From: an uncultured bacterium
GTDB lineage: Bacteria > Patescibacteriota > Patescibacteriia > UBA1558 > GWA2-36-10
Assembly: GCA_903855135.1 (NCBI GenBank)
Contig: CAINYB010000006.1
Location: 29,631-93,630 of the forward strand
Reading direction: 5' to 3'
Length of the DNA: 64,000 bases
Shown: one piece after another, positions 9,560-18,418 of the stretch
Position numbering within the stretch: the first letter of the stretch is position 1
Layout of the letters: every line of letters starts with the position of its first letter
Translations under genes and position numbers: made by a program
The notes under the pieces: model-generated
What the model saw: the letters and a program-made list of their open reading frames with translations, nothing else
What the model was told of the DNA's origin: nothing
Database searches by the model: none

Positions 9560-10633
9560 TTATTGAATAATTGCTGAAGCAATTAATTCTTTATTTTTAT
9601 AAACAGCTAAAGTTTGCCCTGAAGCTGGAGCAAATTGTTTTATTTTAAAAATTGCTTTATATTCTTGATCGTTGATTTTTATAATATCAAGACCCTGGTC
9701 TTCTTGGCGATAACGAATTTTAGCTTTGGCTTTGAGTGGAAATTTATACTGATTATTGAGCCAGTGCCAATCATGGACTATCAATTTTTTATTATAAAGT
9801 TCTAGTGATTCTTTTGGTCCAACGACTAAAATATTTTTTTCTAAGTCTTTTTTCACTACATAAAGCGCAGGACCACCACCAACTTCAATGCCTTTGCGTT
9901 GGCCAATAGTATAAAACCACACACCTTCGTGCTCACCGATTTTCTTGCCATTTACATCATGTATCTCGCCTATTTTGGGACTAATTTTTTGACTCAAAAA
10001 ATCTTTTAAATTTACTTTGCCGACAAAACAAATGCCTTGAGAGTCTTTTCTGTCTGCGTTTGGTAGACCAGCTTTTTTGGCAATTTGCCTGACTTTTGGT
10101 TTTTTCAAATGGCCAATAGGAAATAAACTTCTAGCTAATTGTTCTTGATTTAAACCCGCTAAAAAATATGATTGATCTTTATTTGGATCTTTGCCTTTTA
10201 ATAAATGAAAGCCAGTTTTATCTTGTTTGATTTGGGCATAATGTCCGGTAGCGATTTTATCAAAACCTTTTAAAAGTGCTTTGGCTAAAAAAAGCTTAAA
10301 TTTAATTTCGGAATTACACAAAATATCTGGATTTGGTGTTTGACCTTTTTGATAGGTCTCAAATAAATAATTCACCACTGTTTCACGATACTGTTCTTCA
10401 AAATCCCAAGTTTCAATTGGAATATCTAAATGTTTAGCCACAGCATAAGCTTCGTCTCTATCCGTTTTCCAAGGACATTCATGATTGGTATTATCTCGGC
10501 TAGAAAAGTTTTTCATAAAAACCACCGATACTTCATGACCTACTTTTTTTAATAACAAAGCAGTGACAGCACTATCCACTCCACCAGATAAACCAACTAA
10601 AACTTTTAATTTTTTTTCTTTCTGAAAAAACAT
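9560..10633 (-). CDS. mnmA: tRNA 2-thiouridylase MnmA
   Basis: SGGVDSAV, TPNPDILCN, ATGHYA, KDQSYFL, DSQGICF. Confidence 0.98.
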   Translation of the reverse strand: MFFQKEKKLKVLVGLSGGVDSAVTALLLKKVGHEVSVVFMKNFSSRDNTNHECPWKTDRDEAYAVAKHLDIPIETWDFEEQYRETVVNYLFETYQKGQTPNPDILCNSEIKFKLFLAKALLKGFDKIATGHYAQIKQDKTGFHLLKGKDPNKDQSYFLAGLNQEQLARSLFPIGHLKKPKVRQIAKKAGLPNADRKDSQGICFVGKVNLKDFLSQKISPKIGEIHDVNGKKIGEHEGVWFYTIGQRKGIEVGGGPALYVVKKDLEKNILVVGPKESLELYNKKLIVHDWHWLNNQYKFPLKAKAKIRYRQEDQGLDIIKINDQEYKAIFKIKQFAPASGQTLAVYKNKELIASAIIQ

Positions 10634-10635
10634 GA

Positions 10636-11178
10636 TTAATACAAGTGCTTGTTATAAAATTTAGCCATGGCCATCAAAATACCATTTTCAAAAGATTGTG
10701 TGCGAGTGATAAAGTCATTAGTTAGTTCGCCAACAGTGCCATTAGTTCCTCTTACATTGGATTTACTAAACATTTCTTCAGCAACTGGCGCTAACTCGCG
10801 TTTTTTATCCATGATTTCTACTTTAGCATAATCTGGTAATTCTATTGCTTCGCCATAAGCCATGCTATCGATTTTAGCATCAGTCACATAAATAGCACCA
10901 ATTAAAAAGAATCTTTCTTTGCCTAAAAATTTATTTAACCAAACGCCACCTTCAATACCTAAATAAAAATCTGCTTGCACGCCAGCCTTGATCAAGTTTT
11001 GCGCTCGATTATAAGCACCAAGACTCGTCTCCTCTATACTACGAGGCTGATCATCTACATCAGAAGCTGATTTTTGGGCAATTACTTCTATTTCTTCATT
11101 AGGATAAATCTTAGCAAAAGCTGATTTAACAGCTAATACTTTTGGTTCTTGTATAGAGCCTAGGGCAATTTTTATCAT
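10636..11178 (-). CDS. yjjX: Non-canonical purine NTP phosphatase (YjjX/DUF84)
   Basis: GS..PKV.AV, S.VDDQP..EET..GA.NRA, GIEGG, G.VG.LT....TR. Confidence 0.88.
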   Translation of the reverse strand: MIKIALGSIQEPKVLAVKSAFAKIYPNEEIEVIAQKSASDVDDQPRSIEETSLGAYNRAQNLIKAGVQADFYLGIEGGVWLNKFLGKERFFLIGAIYVTDAKIDSMAYGEAIELPDYAKVEIMDKKRELAPVAEEMFSKSNVRGTNGTVGELTNDFITRTQSFENGILMAMAKFYNKHLY

Positions 11179-11203
11179 AAATAAATCTTTAAATAATGTT
11201 TAT

Positions 11204-11232
11204 ATTATGCTATGTATTTTAGCTTTTGTCAA
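11204..11232 (-). promoter_or_regulatory. Sigma70 promoter for yjjX-mnmA
   Basis: TTGACA-17 nt-CATAAT. Confidence 0.7.
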
Positions 11233-11247
11233 AGTACCCGCCTTATC

Positions 11248-11276
11248 AAAACACCCCCGCGTCGCGGGGGTGTTTT
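11248..11276. terminator. Bidirectional terminator-type hairpin after AMP phosphorylase
   Basis: AAAACACCCCCGC-GTC-GCGGGGGTGTTTT. Confidence 0.7.
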
Positions 11277-11285
11277 AGAGCTATT

Positions 11286-12782
11286 TTATCTACCTATTTT
11301 AAATATCTCTCCTTTTTCTAAAGCTTTGCTAGCTAATTTTATTCGATCTTGAGTACGAGCATAAAGTGTAAATAAACGTTCACCTTTTTTCACTGGATCA
11401 TTAAACTCTTTATTTAAATACACGCCGGCGAGCTTGTCAGCTGGTGCGCCTAAAATACGCGCAATGATATTAATCATCTTATTATCAGTAAAAGTAATTT
11501 TACCTGATTTTGGTGCATTAAAATATTTTTTACAAGCACCGATCACGATATCGTCAGGCTGAACATTTGGATTTCCACCTTGAGCTTTGATAATATCTTG
11601 CATTTTATTCCAAGCCTTACCACTTTCCAAAGTTTTCCAAGCCATGGTTGCACCGTGGCCTTTTTTGGCTTTACCACAAAGCTCCAAAAGTTCACCAGCT
11701 AAATGGATAGCTTTATTAGCTAAATCAGCAGGATAATTATCTTTTTGCTGCAAAACTCTTAAAACATCCCTAGCTTCTAAAGCTGGGCCAACACCACGAC
11801 CAACTGGATCTTCAGTTTTAGTCATGATGACTTTTATTTTGATCTTAAATTTTCTAGCTAAATATTTAAATTTTTTCTCTAATTCTTTGGCTGTTTTCAT
11901 GTCTGGTATTTTGGTAGTTTCACCAACCGGCATATCGATCACTAAACATTTTACGCCAGCTGCTACTTTTTTAGCCATAATACTGACCAGCATCTTGCTA
12001 TATGGCTCCAAAGACAAAGGATAAGAAACTTTAAGAATTTTATCATCCGCTGGAGCCAGGTTAAATCCACCACCCCAAACTAAACAAGCGCCGTGTTTTT
12101 TAACAATGTCGTGTATTTTTTCAGCTGTTAAAGACACTGGGGCTAAAACTTCCATAGTGTCAGCCGTTCCGGCTGGTGAAGTAATAGCTCGAGAAGAAGT
12201 CTTAGGGATAGTAAGGCCCAGCGCAGCAATAATCGGGATCACGACCATGGTAGTACGATTACCAGCCAAACCACCGACTGAATGTTTGTCTACTACTAAG
12301 CCGGGAAATTTCAACATCTCGCCAGTTTCGGCCATGGCTTTAGTCATAAAATAAAGCTCTTCATCGGTATATTGACGCATAAAACCAGAAGCTACAAAGT
12401 AAGTGATTTCTGTCCTGGTTAAAACCCCAGAAGAGATATCAGTAAAAATTTGCTCAAATTCTTTATAAGTCAATTTTTTACCTAATAATCTTTTTTTAAT
12501 AGCTTGAATTGATGGTGCGCGCTCTAAAACTTCTATTTCTACGATAGTATTATTAGGAATCGCTATTTTTTTCCAAATATCTTCATACAAACCTATGTGC
12601 CCAGAGCTATTTTTTTCATCAGTAGTATTTGCTTCAGCAATAAGCTCTTTATGATCCCAAGAAATGCGGATTTTATCACCAGCATGCACGCCATAACGCA
12701 TCGCTTCATCGTCATTTAATAAAGCGATATTTGCTTGCCCAGTCTTGATATCTAATTTTTTAGTTTTTAAATAATATGCCAT
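11286..12782 (-). CDS. AMP phosphorylase (archaeal-type thymidine phosphorylase family)
   Basis: N-terminal beta-barrel extension, DKHSVGG, PKTSSRAITSPAGTAD, GVGPALEARD. Confidence 0.9.
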   Translation of the reverse strand: MAYYLKTKKLDIKTGQANIALLNDDEAMRYGVHAGDKIRISWDHKELIAEANTTDEKNSSGHIGLYEDIWKKIAIPNNTIVEIEVLERAPSIQAIKKRLLGKKLTYKEFEQIFTDISSGVLTRTEITYFVASGFMRQYTDEELYFMTKAMAETGEMLKFPGLVVDKHSVGGLAGNRTTMVVIPIIAALGLTIPKTSSRAITSPAGTADTMEVLAPVSLTAEKIHDIVKKHGACLVWGGGFNLAPADDKILKVSYPLSLEPYSKMLVSIMAKKVAAGVKCLVIDMPVGETTKIPDMKTAKELEKKFKYLARKFKIKIKVIMTKTEDPVGRGVGPALEARDVLRVLQQKDNYPADLANKAIHLAGELLELCGKAKKGHGATMAWKTLESGKAWNKMQDIIKAQGGNPNVQPDDIVIGACKKYFNAPKSGKITFTDNKMINIIARILGAPADKLAGVYLNKEFNDPVKKGERLFTLYARTQDRIKLASKALEKGEIFKIGR

Positions 12783-12785
12783 AAA

Positions 12786-14516
12786 TTAAAATTTTATTAC
12801 TTCTCCTGGCTGAATAATATTTTGCTCTTCTTCGGCTTGATCTTGGCGAAGAATCTCTGGCTTAGCCTTTAGAGCTTCAGCTAAAGAAACAAACTCTTCT
12901 TTTTTATCATCTCTATCATAGTTCGGCACTATTTTTATACTAGAAGGTGGTGGAATTTTACCAGACTTAGCTAAATCTAAACAATTTTTGCAATAAACCG
13001 CTTTGCTTGGATCTGGATCAAAATTAATCTCTGCTTCTGAACCACAAAAAGAACAGTTTATTTTATGTTTAATATTTTTTATACTTTTCTTTGATCCGTG
13101 TTCATCACGGCTTAGTTTTTCTTGTTTTTTTCTATCGCCTGCACGTCTATTCTCTACTTTTTTAGCAGACTGTGTCCCACCAGAAGGCGTGATAGCAGCA
13201 GAAGAACTCTCTTTTTTCTCACTTGTTTTTTCGTCTTTATTTTCACTCCAGCGCATAATCTTTTCTTCTATTTCTTCTCTGGGACTAGCATAACGTTCTC
13301 GTGAGACCCTAATCACTTTATCTCTAACTTCTTTATCACTTGGTTTGATATCTATCGGCGGTAAAGTAGTGGCCGAGAAGGCTTCAGAAGCTACGCCGTC
13401 GATCATGAGTTTTAAATAAATCTGATATTTTGGTAAATTGACTAAATTTTCTTGCGTGAATTGTGGAAAAAACTCTTTTTCTAAAGCTTCGGCATCTACC
13501 GCACCAACTCTAAAAGAAACTATCGTGCCCACATTACCAAAAATAGCAGCTTGAACTTTTTCATCTACCTGCTCAATGTATTGGTGGGCAATTGTTAAGT
13601 CTAGACGATATTTTCTAGCTTCTGATAAAATATTAGCAAATGATTCTGTGGCAAAGTTTTGAAACTCATCGACATAAAGAAAAAAATCTTTACGTTCAGT
13701 TTCTGGAATATTCACTCGACTCATAGCCGCGAGCTGGATCTTAGTAATCATCATCGCCCCCAATAAAGCTGAATTATCTTCACCGACTCTACCTTTAGCT
13801 AAGTTTAATAACAAAATTTTCTGATTATCCATCACTTCCCTCATAGTAAAAGAAGATTTTACTTGGCCTAAAATATTTCTGATCAAAGCTGAAGACAAGA
13901 ATCTGCCAACCTTATTTTGAATCGGAGCGATAGCCTCACTTTGAAATCTATCTGGATATTTAGCATATTCCTCTACCCAAAAAGCTTTGACCACTGGATC
14001 AGATAATTTATCTACTACTTTATTACGAAAATTTTTGTCCACCAACATCCTCATGATGCCAAGCAAAGTAGAACCCGGATACTCCAGTAAAGCCGAAATA
14101 GCATGGTGCAAAACATATTCCAAACGAGGACCCCAAGAATCAGCCCAAATCTTTTTGAAAACACCGATCAAACCGGAAACTACCAAATGTCTTTCTGACT
14201 CGTCGACACTTTCTAACACATTAAAAGCAATGGGGAAATCTAAATCTGAAGGATTAAAATAAATCACATCATTGATTCTATTTGCCGGAATAAAATCAAC
14301 GACTTTTTCTACTAAATCGCCATGTGGATCAATCACGCAGACGCCGTGTCCAGCATGAATATCTTGGATGATCATATTTTCCTGCAAAACTGATTTACCC
14401 ATACCAGTTTTACCAATGATGTACATATGTCGACGACGATCATCGGTTTTGATACCAAACTTTACTTCTGAATTACGAAAGTTTGTTTTACCAAAAAAGT
14501 TAATATTTTGATTCAT
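12786..14516 (-). CDS. VirD4/TraG/HerA-like (type IV coupling-type) ATPase with C-terminal CxxC-x17-CxxC zinc ribbon
   Basis: DRRRHMYIIGKTGMGKS, IDPHGD, YVDEFQNF, EARKY; CSFC...YCKNC. Confidence 0.9.
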   Translation of the reverse strand: MNQNINFFGKTNFRNSEVKFGIKTDDRRRHMYIIGKTGMGKSVLQENMIIQDIHAGHGVCVIDPHGDLVEKVVDFIPANRINDVIYFNPSDLDFPIAFNVLESVDESERHLVVSGLIGVFKKIWADSWGPRLEYVLHHAISALLEYPGSTLLGIMRMLVDKNFRNKVVDKLSDPVVKAFWVEEYAKYPDRFQSEAIAPIQNKVGRFLSSALIRNILGQVKSSFTMREVMDNQKILLLNLAKGRVGEDNSALLGAMMITKIQLAAMSRVNIPETERKDFFLYVDEFQNFATESFANILSEARKYRLDLTIAHQYIEQVDEKVQAAIFGNVGTIVSFRVGAVDAEALEKEFFPQFTQENLVNLPKYQIYLKLMIDGVASEAFSATTLPPIDIKPSDKEVRDKVIRVSRERYASPREEIEEKIMRWSENKDEKTSEKKESSSAAITPSGGTQSAKKVENRRAGDRKKQEKLSRDEHGSKKSIKNIKHKINCSFCGSEAEINFDPDPSKAVYCKNCLDLAKSGKIPPPSSIKIVPNYDRDDKKEEFVSLAEALKAKPEILRQDQAEEEQNIIQPGEVIKF

Positions 14517-14521
14517 TTTAT

Positions 14522-16021
14522 TTATTCGATTGGTAAATTAGATGGTGCCTCAGCTTTTGTGCTAGCTAATCTAGCTGGCTCTTTGGTGCTTTTAGCTTTT
14601 GCAAATTTATCTTCAAAATAATTATTATCTATATCCACATTAAAAGCTGGTTTTTTTAATTGCGCCATTAAAGCTTCTTTTTCTGACGAAACATTATCGC
14701 TAAAACCAGCAATCGGTAAAGAGCTTGGAGCTTCAGATTTTTTAACTTCCGTACGATGCAAAAGCGGCGTGCGTACTTCCATACCAGGGAAATGCCATAA
14801 ACTAGCTAGCTCTTCAATATTTAAAATAAAAGATTTGTAGCCCATTGCACCGCTACGACTCTTGCAAGCTCTGATGATATTTTCTCGACGACGATTATTA
14901 CGATATTTAGTAAACCAATAGTTAGTTGAAGTTTTAGTTTTAGGATCTGGTTTAAAACTATTTAAATCTAAGGTAGAAAATTGTTTAATAGCTCCAAAGA
15001 CAGAAGATATCACTCTGGGTGGAGAAAAATCTTCTTTAGGGGAGATATAAGCCAAACGAATTTTACACTCGAAACCTATCTTACTAGCCTTATTATTAAT
15101 CGCTTCTAAAATATTTTTTTCGCCTGGCGTCAAATGCAACATCATGCTTGGCATGTCTTCTTTTTTCTTTTCTTTTGATTCTTTCCAAAGAGGATAGACA
15201 AACTCACCTAAATTATCAAGCGTATTCATAAAAACATCCACTGCCTGATTACCTTTTGAGGCTGGTTTTGGCGCTGCTTTCTTACCGGCTATTTTATAAG
15301 CCATTTTTTCCGAATTTGCTAGCCATTCTACGCCAGTTGGTTTGACCATGATTTGAAACCAAACTTGTTCACCAACATGAATTTTACTCATGGTTTCTAG
15401 CAAAGCTGCTAAAGGATCTTTATACTCACCAGAAACCTTATCTTCAAAAGCTGGGTAAGTACGAATCGGTAAAGCATCTGATTTTACCGGTACTATTTCT
15501 GTGCCCCAGACATTATAGTTATCATCCGGAAATTTGGTTGGCGCCCAAGTCGTATAATCCTCTACTTCAGTGATTTCGGCATCTGGGTATTGGGAATAAA
15601 TCGCACTTTCTACCACATCCCTATGTTGGGTAGGAGTACGCACCAAAAATTGCACATAACCGTCAATACTCACAATTTCAAAAGAAAAGGCAAGTTGAAA
15701 TTGCCCTTTAACATACATATCAACATTATTCAAGTTAGCATGAGCACCGGAAACTGTCGAAAATAAACCCTCAACCGCTTTAGGTGTTTGTTCATGGTCT
15801 TTTGGTATATCTACCGCTAATAAAGTAAATTTTATGCCCGAAAACCATTTGTCTTGTTTAAGCATTAGCCAAACTTGATAGCCTTGAGTAATAAAAAGAT
15901 AAGCAAAAAGTATCCAAGCACCATGGATAAAAATATACCACATCGCTGCTTCAGGACCATTAGAAACCGCATTCAATAAATCAGTTAAATCAATAACTAA
16001 ATTTAAAAACTCTATTTGCAT
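14522..16021 (-). CDS. Membrane-anchored partner of the coupling ATPase (homologous to the N-terminal half of 25146..27593)
   Basis: FSFEIV, YPDAEITEVEDY, LPIRTY, DPL, LNIEELASLWHFP motifs shared with the 815-aa protein. Confidence 0.8.
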   Translation of the reverse strand: MQIEFLNLVIDLTDLLNAVSNGPEAAMWYIFIHGAWILFAYLFITQGYQVWLMLKQDKWFSGIKFTLLAVDIPKDHEQTPKAVEGLFSTVSGAHANLNNVDMYVKGQFQLAFSFEIVSIDGYVQFLVRTPTQHRDVVESAIYSQYPDAEITEVEDYTTWAPTKFPDDNYNVWGTEIVPVKSDALPIRTYPAFEDKVSGEYKDPLAALLETMSKIHVGEQVWFQIMVKPTGVEWLANSEKMAYKIAGKKAAPKPASKGNQAVDVFMNTLDNLGEFVYPLWKESKEKKKEDMPSMMLHLTPGEKNILEAINNKASKIGFECKIRLAYISPKEDFSPPRVISSVFGAIKQFSTLDLNSFKPDPKTKTSTNYWFTKYRNNRRRENIIRACKSRSGAMGYKSFILNIEELASLWHFPGMEVRTPLLHRTEVKKSEAPSSLPIAGFSDNVSSEKEALMAQLKKPAFNVDIDNNYFEDKFAKAKSTKEPARLASTKAEAPSNLPIE

Positions 16022-16079
16022 AAAATTTGTTACACTTTGACATAATTATAACCTATTCCGCCAAAATATAAAAGTTTTC

Positions 16080-16174
16080 ACCCCTCCCATCCTCCCCTTC
16101 GTAAGGGGAGGAGTTATAATCAAGATGTTTTGTTGTTTTCTCCCCCTTGCGAAGGGGGAGATACAGAGGGGGTC
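16080..16174. repeat. REPIN-like inverted doublet of CCCCT-loop-AGGGG units
   Basis: ACCCCTCCCATCCTCCCCTTCGTAAGGGGAGGA and inverted TCTCCCCCTTGCGAAGGGGGAGATACAGAGGGGGT. Confidence 0.75.
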
Positions 16175-16205
16175 AAAAAACACCCCAGGATAAACCCGGG
16201 GCGTT
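16175..16205 (-). terminator. Intrinsic terminator downstream of the sigma4-HARE gene
   Basis: Minus strand AACGCCCCGGG-TTTAT-CCTGGGGTG-TTTTTT. Confidence 0.65.
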
Positions 16206-16226
16206 CTGATAATAAATTCACTTGAG

Positions 16227-16251
16227 TTTTCTCCGCCGTAGGCGGAGAAAA
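16227..16251. repeat. REP-like hairpin TTTTCTCCGCC-GTA-GGCGGAGAAAA
   Basis: Perfect 11-bp stem with a GTA triloop. Confidence 0.8.
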
Positions 16252-16258
16252 TCAAATC

Positions 16259-17362
16259 TTAGTTAGTTTTTAAGAAATATCTACCTTTTTCATCGCGACC
16301 AAAACGATCTTTATTCATCAAAGCTAAGGTAATAGTAGTCTCTTTGATTAAGCGTTTCTTTAATACTTCAGCGACAATTTCTTTTTTAGATAATGATCTA
16401 TCAGTATTTTTCAAAATCTCCGCAATCACATCAGCGACTACACCTGGTTTAAAGCCCCATTCTTTAAGGGCATAAATACCACGACCAACTAAAACATATT
16501 TGTCATCCAAGATTAATTCATTGTGAATAGTAGCCGGATAAGCTTTACGGGTATCAAAAGTGCGATCATTGATGATGTTAGCGATTTCTGTAAAGTGTAA
16601 TGGCTTAGCTTCTTTTTTCAAAACAATATAAATCTTATCATTCATACGTTTTGGACTGATGCTTGGCCAATGATTTAAACCCCATTCTTGATAAGGATTA
16701 TCTTTGATCTTTTTGGTAATAAACAAAAAGTTTACTACTACTTTATCAGTCAAATCGTCATTGGAGACAAAAAAGTCAGCCTCAGAAATCTTATTAATCA
16801 ACTCATCTAAAGTCAAAGGCTCTTCTTCTTTGCTTAATAGATCAACAATTTTGTTGACTACTTCATCAAAAAAGTCTAAAGAAGCTTCTGGAGTTTTCCA
16901 AAAATCATGTACTTCTTTATTGGCTCTGACAAAATGAAAACGATGATTCAAAAGTTGACTTAAAATAAAGTTAATCGCGGCTTTATTACTTGAGCTTGCA
17001 CCCGGCACTAACAATAATTCTTTAATCAAGTTTTCTTCTGACATCATGCCACCGTGCTCAGCCAAAATAGCATTAGCAATATCCTCGATCTTCTTTAATA
17101 AGTTTTGATCAAAGTTTTTGCTAATTTTTTTCAGCGAACTGTTTTCAATTTGACGCACACGTTCACGAGTGATTTGGTATAGTTTACCAATATCTTCTAA
17201 AGTCTTTTTTTCTACTCCAGATAAACCGTGACGCATTTTTAAAATCTCTCTTTCACGTTCAGAAAGCAAAGACAACAGTTCTTCAACTGTTTGAGTCGGA
17301 TTAAATTCGGCTAAATGGGACAACTGTTGAGCAGTCATTACTTGGTCTAAAATTGAACTCAT
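16259..17362 (-). CDS. Sigma70 region 4 HTH fused to HARE-HTH (RpoE/delta-like) domains
   Basis: LSEREREILKMRHGL...TLEDIG....ITRERVRQIE; C-terminal KPLHFTEIA...ATIHNELI.D..YVLVGRGIYALKEW. Confidence 0.85.
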   Translation of the reverse strand: MSSILDQVMTAQQLSHLAEFNPTQTVEELLSLLSEREREILKMRHGLSGVEKKTLEDIGKLYQITRERVRQIENSSLKKISKNFDQNLLKKIEDIANAILAEHGGMMSEENLIKELLLVPGASSSNKAAINFILSQLLNHRFHFVRANKEVHDFWKTPEASLDFFDEVVNKIVDLLSKEEEPLTLDELINKISEADFFVSNDDLTDKVVVNFLFITKKIKDNPYQEWGLNHWPSISPKRMNDKIYIVLKKEAKPLHFTEIANIINDRTFDTRKAYPATIHNELILDDKYVLVGRGIYALKEWGFKPGVVADVIAEILKNTDRSLSKKEIVAEVLKKRLIKETTITLALMNKDRFGRDEKGRYFLKTN

Positions 17363-17426
17363 ATATGTATGTGTTTATAAATTCCCCTAGAGAATAACAT
17401 ATTTCTAAAAAAAAGTCAAGGCAAAA

Positions 17427-17487
17427 TACCCCCTCTGCCGCTGAAGCGTCTTCTCCCCCTAAATTAGGGGGAGATATAGAGGGGGTA
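17427..17487. repeat. CCCCCT/AGGGGG REP-like element
   Basis: TACCCCCTCT...TCTCCCCCTAAATTAGGGGGAGATATAGAGGGGGTA; core shared with 22864-22886. Confidence 0.75.
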
Positions 17488-17510
17488 TTTCTTTAATTTA
17501 TTGGCTAATA

Positions 17511-18413
17511 TTAGCTCTTTTTTGAATTCCAAAGCACTACTATCGGGGAAGCAATAAAAATAGATGAATAAGTACCGATAATTACGCCCAAAATCAAAGC
17601 TAAGACAAAATATCTCACACTCTCACCACCAAAGATATAGACCGCTAATAGGGCAAATAAAGTTGTTAAAGAGGTATTTAAAGACCTTACAATGGTCTCA
17701 TTGACACTCAAATTGACAATTTCTGCAAAAGATTGTCCTTTGATCTTAAATAAATTTTCACGAGTTCTATCAAAAGTCACAATCGTGTCATGAACAGAAA
17801 AGCCTAAAATCGTCAATAAGGCAGTAACAAATAAAACGTCTACTTCAACATTTAGAAAATGTCCTAAAATAGCATAAATACCAATAATAATGAAAATGTC
17901 ATGGAATAAAGCAATAACAGCGGCTACACCATACTTCCAGCTAGCTACTGGTTTTGACACGTGTCTAAAGGCATAAGCAATGTAAGCAATGATTAAGATC
18001 AAAACTAAAACGATCGCTTGCACAGCCTTGTCTTTTAATTCGTTACCAATAGTTGGTCCGATAGATTCAAATTTTAATTCTTGTCCTTGCAAAGCTTGAT
18101 TATCAACTTGAACGTTTTTTAAAGCAGTTAAAATTTCCTGATGTCTTGGTTCGTCAACGCTTTCAAAACGAATAAAAAATTCATTATCACCACTTGGCTG
18201 AATACGTAAACTTTCTAGATTTAAAGGCTGTAAAACTTCTGTGATTTTTTCTACACTTGGTCGATTTGGCTGATAAGCTATTTCCAATAAACTTCCACCA
18301 GTGAAATCAATGCTTAATTTCAAACCCCAAATAAGCAAAGCAGCTAAACTAATAGCAGACAAAACACCTGAAATACCAAACCACCAATTTTTTTTACCAA
18401 TAATATTATACAT
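17511..18413 (-). CDS. secF: Protein translocase subunit SecF
   Basis: IDFTGGS, ESIGPTIG.EL, GFSVHDTIV.FDR.RE, GTYSSIFIA. Confidence 0.97.
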   Translation of the reverse strand: MYNIIGKKNWWFGISGVLSAISLAALLIWGLKLSIDFTGGSLLEIAYQPNRPSVEKITEVLQPLNLESLRIQPSGDNEFFIRFESVDEPRHQEILTALKNVQVDNQALQGQELKFESIGPTIGNELKDKAVQAIVLVLILIIAYIAYAFRHVSKPVASWKYGVAAVIALFHDIFIIIGIYAILGHFLNVEVDVLFVTALLTILGFSVHDTIVTFDRTRENLFKIKGQSFAEIVNLSVNETIVRSLNTSLTTLFALLAVYIFGGESVRYFVLALILGVIIGTYSSIFIASPIVVLWNSKKS

Positions 18414-18418
18414 AAAAA

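Noticed and set aside
16046-16255. 69-aa ORF in the track
   Set aside because: It is a translation of stacked palindromes and a terminator (PPLTKGRMGG, SPFARG), a typical repeat-derived spurious ORF.
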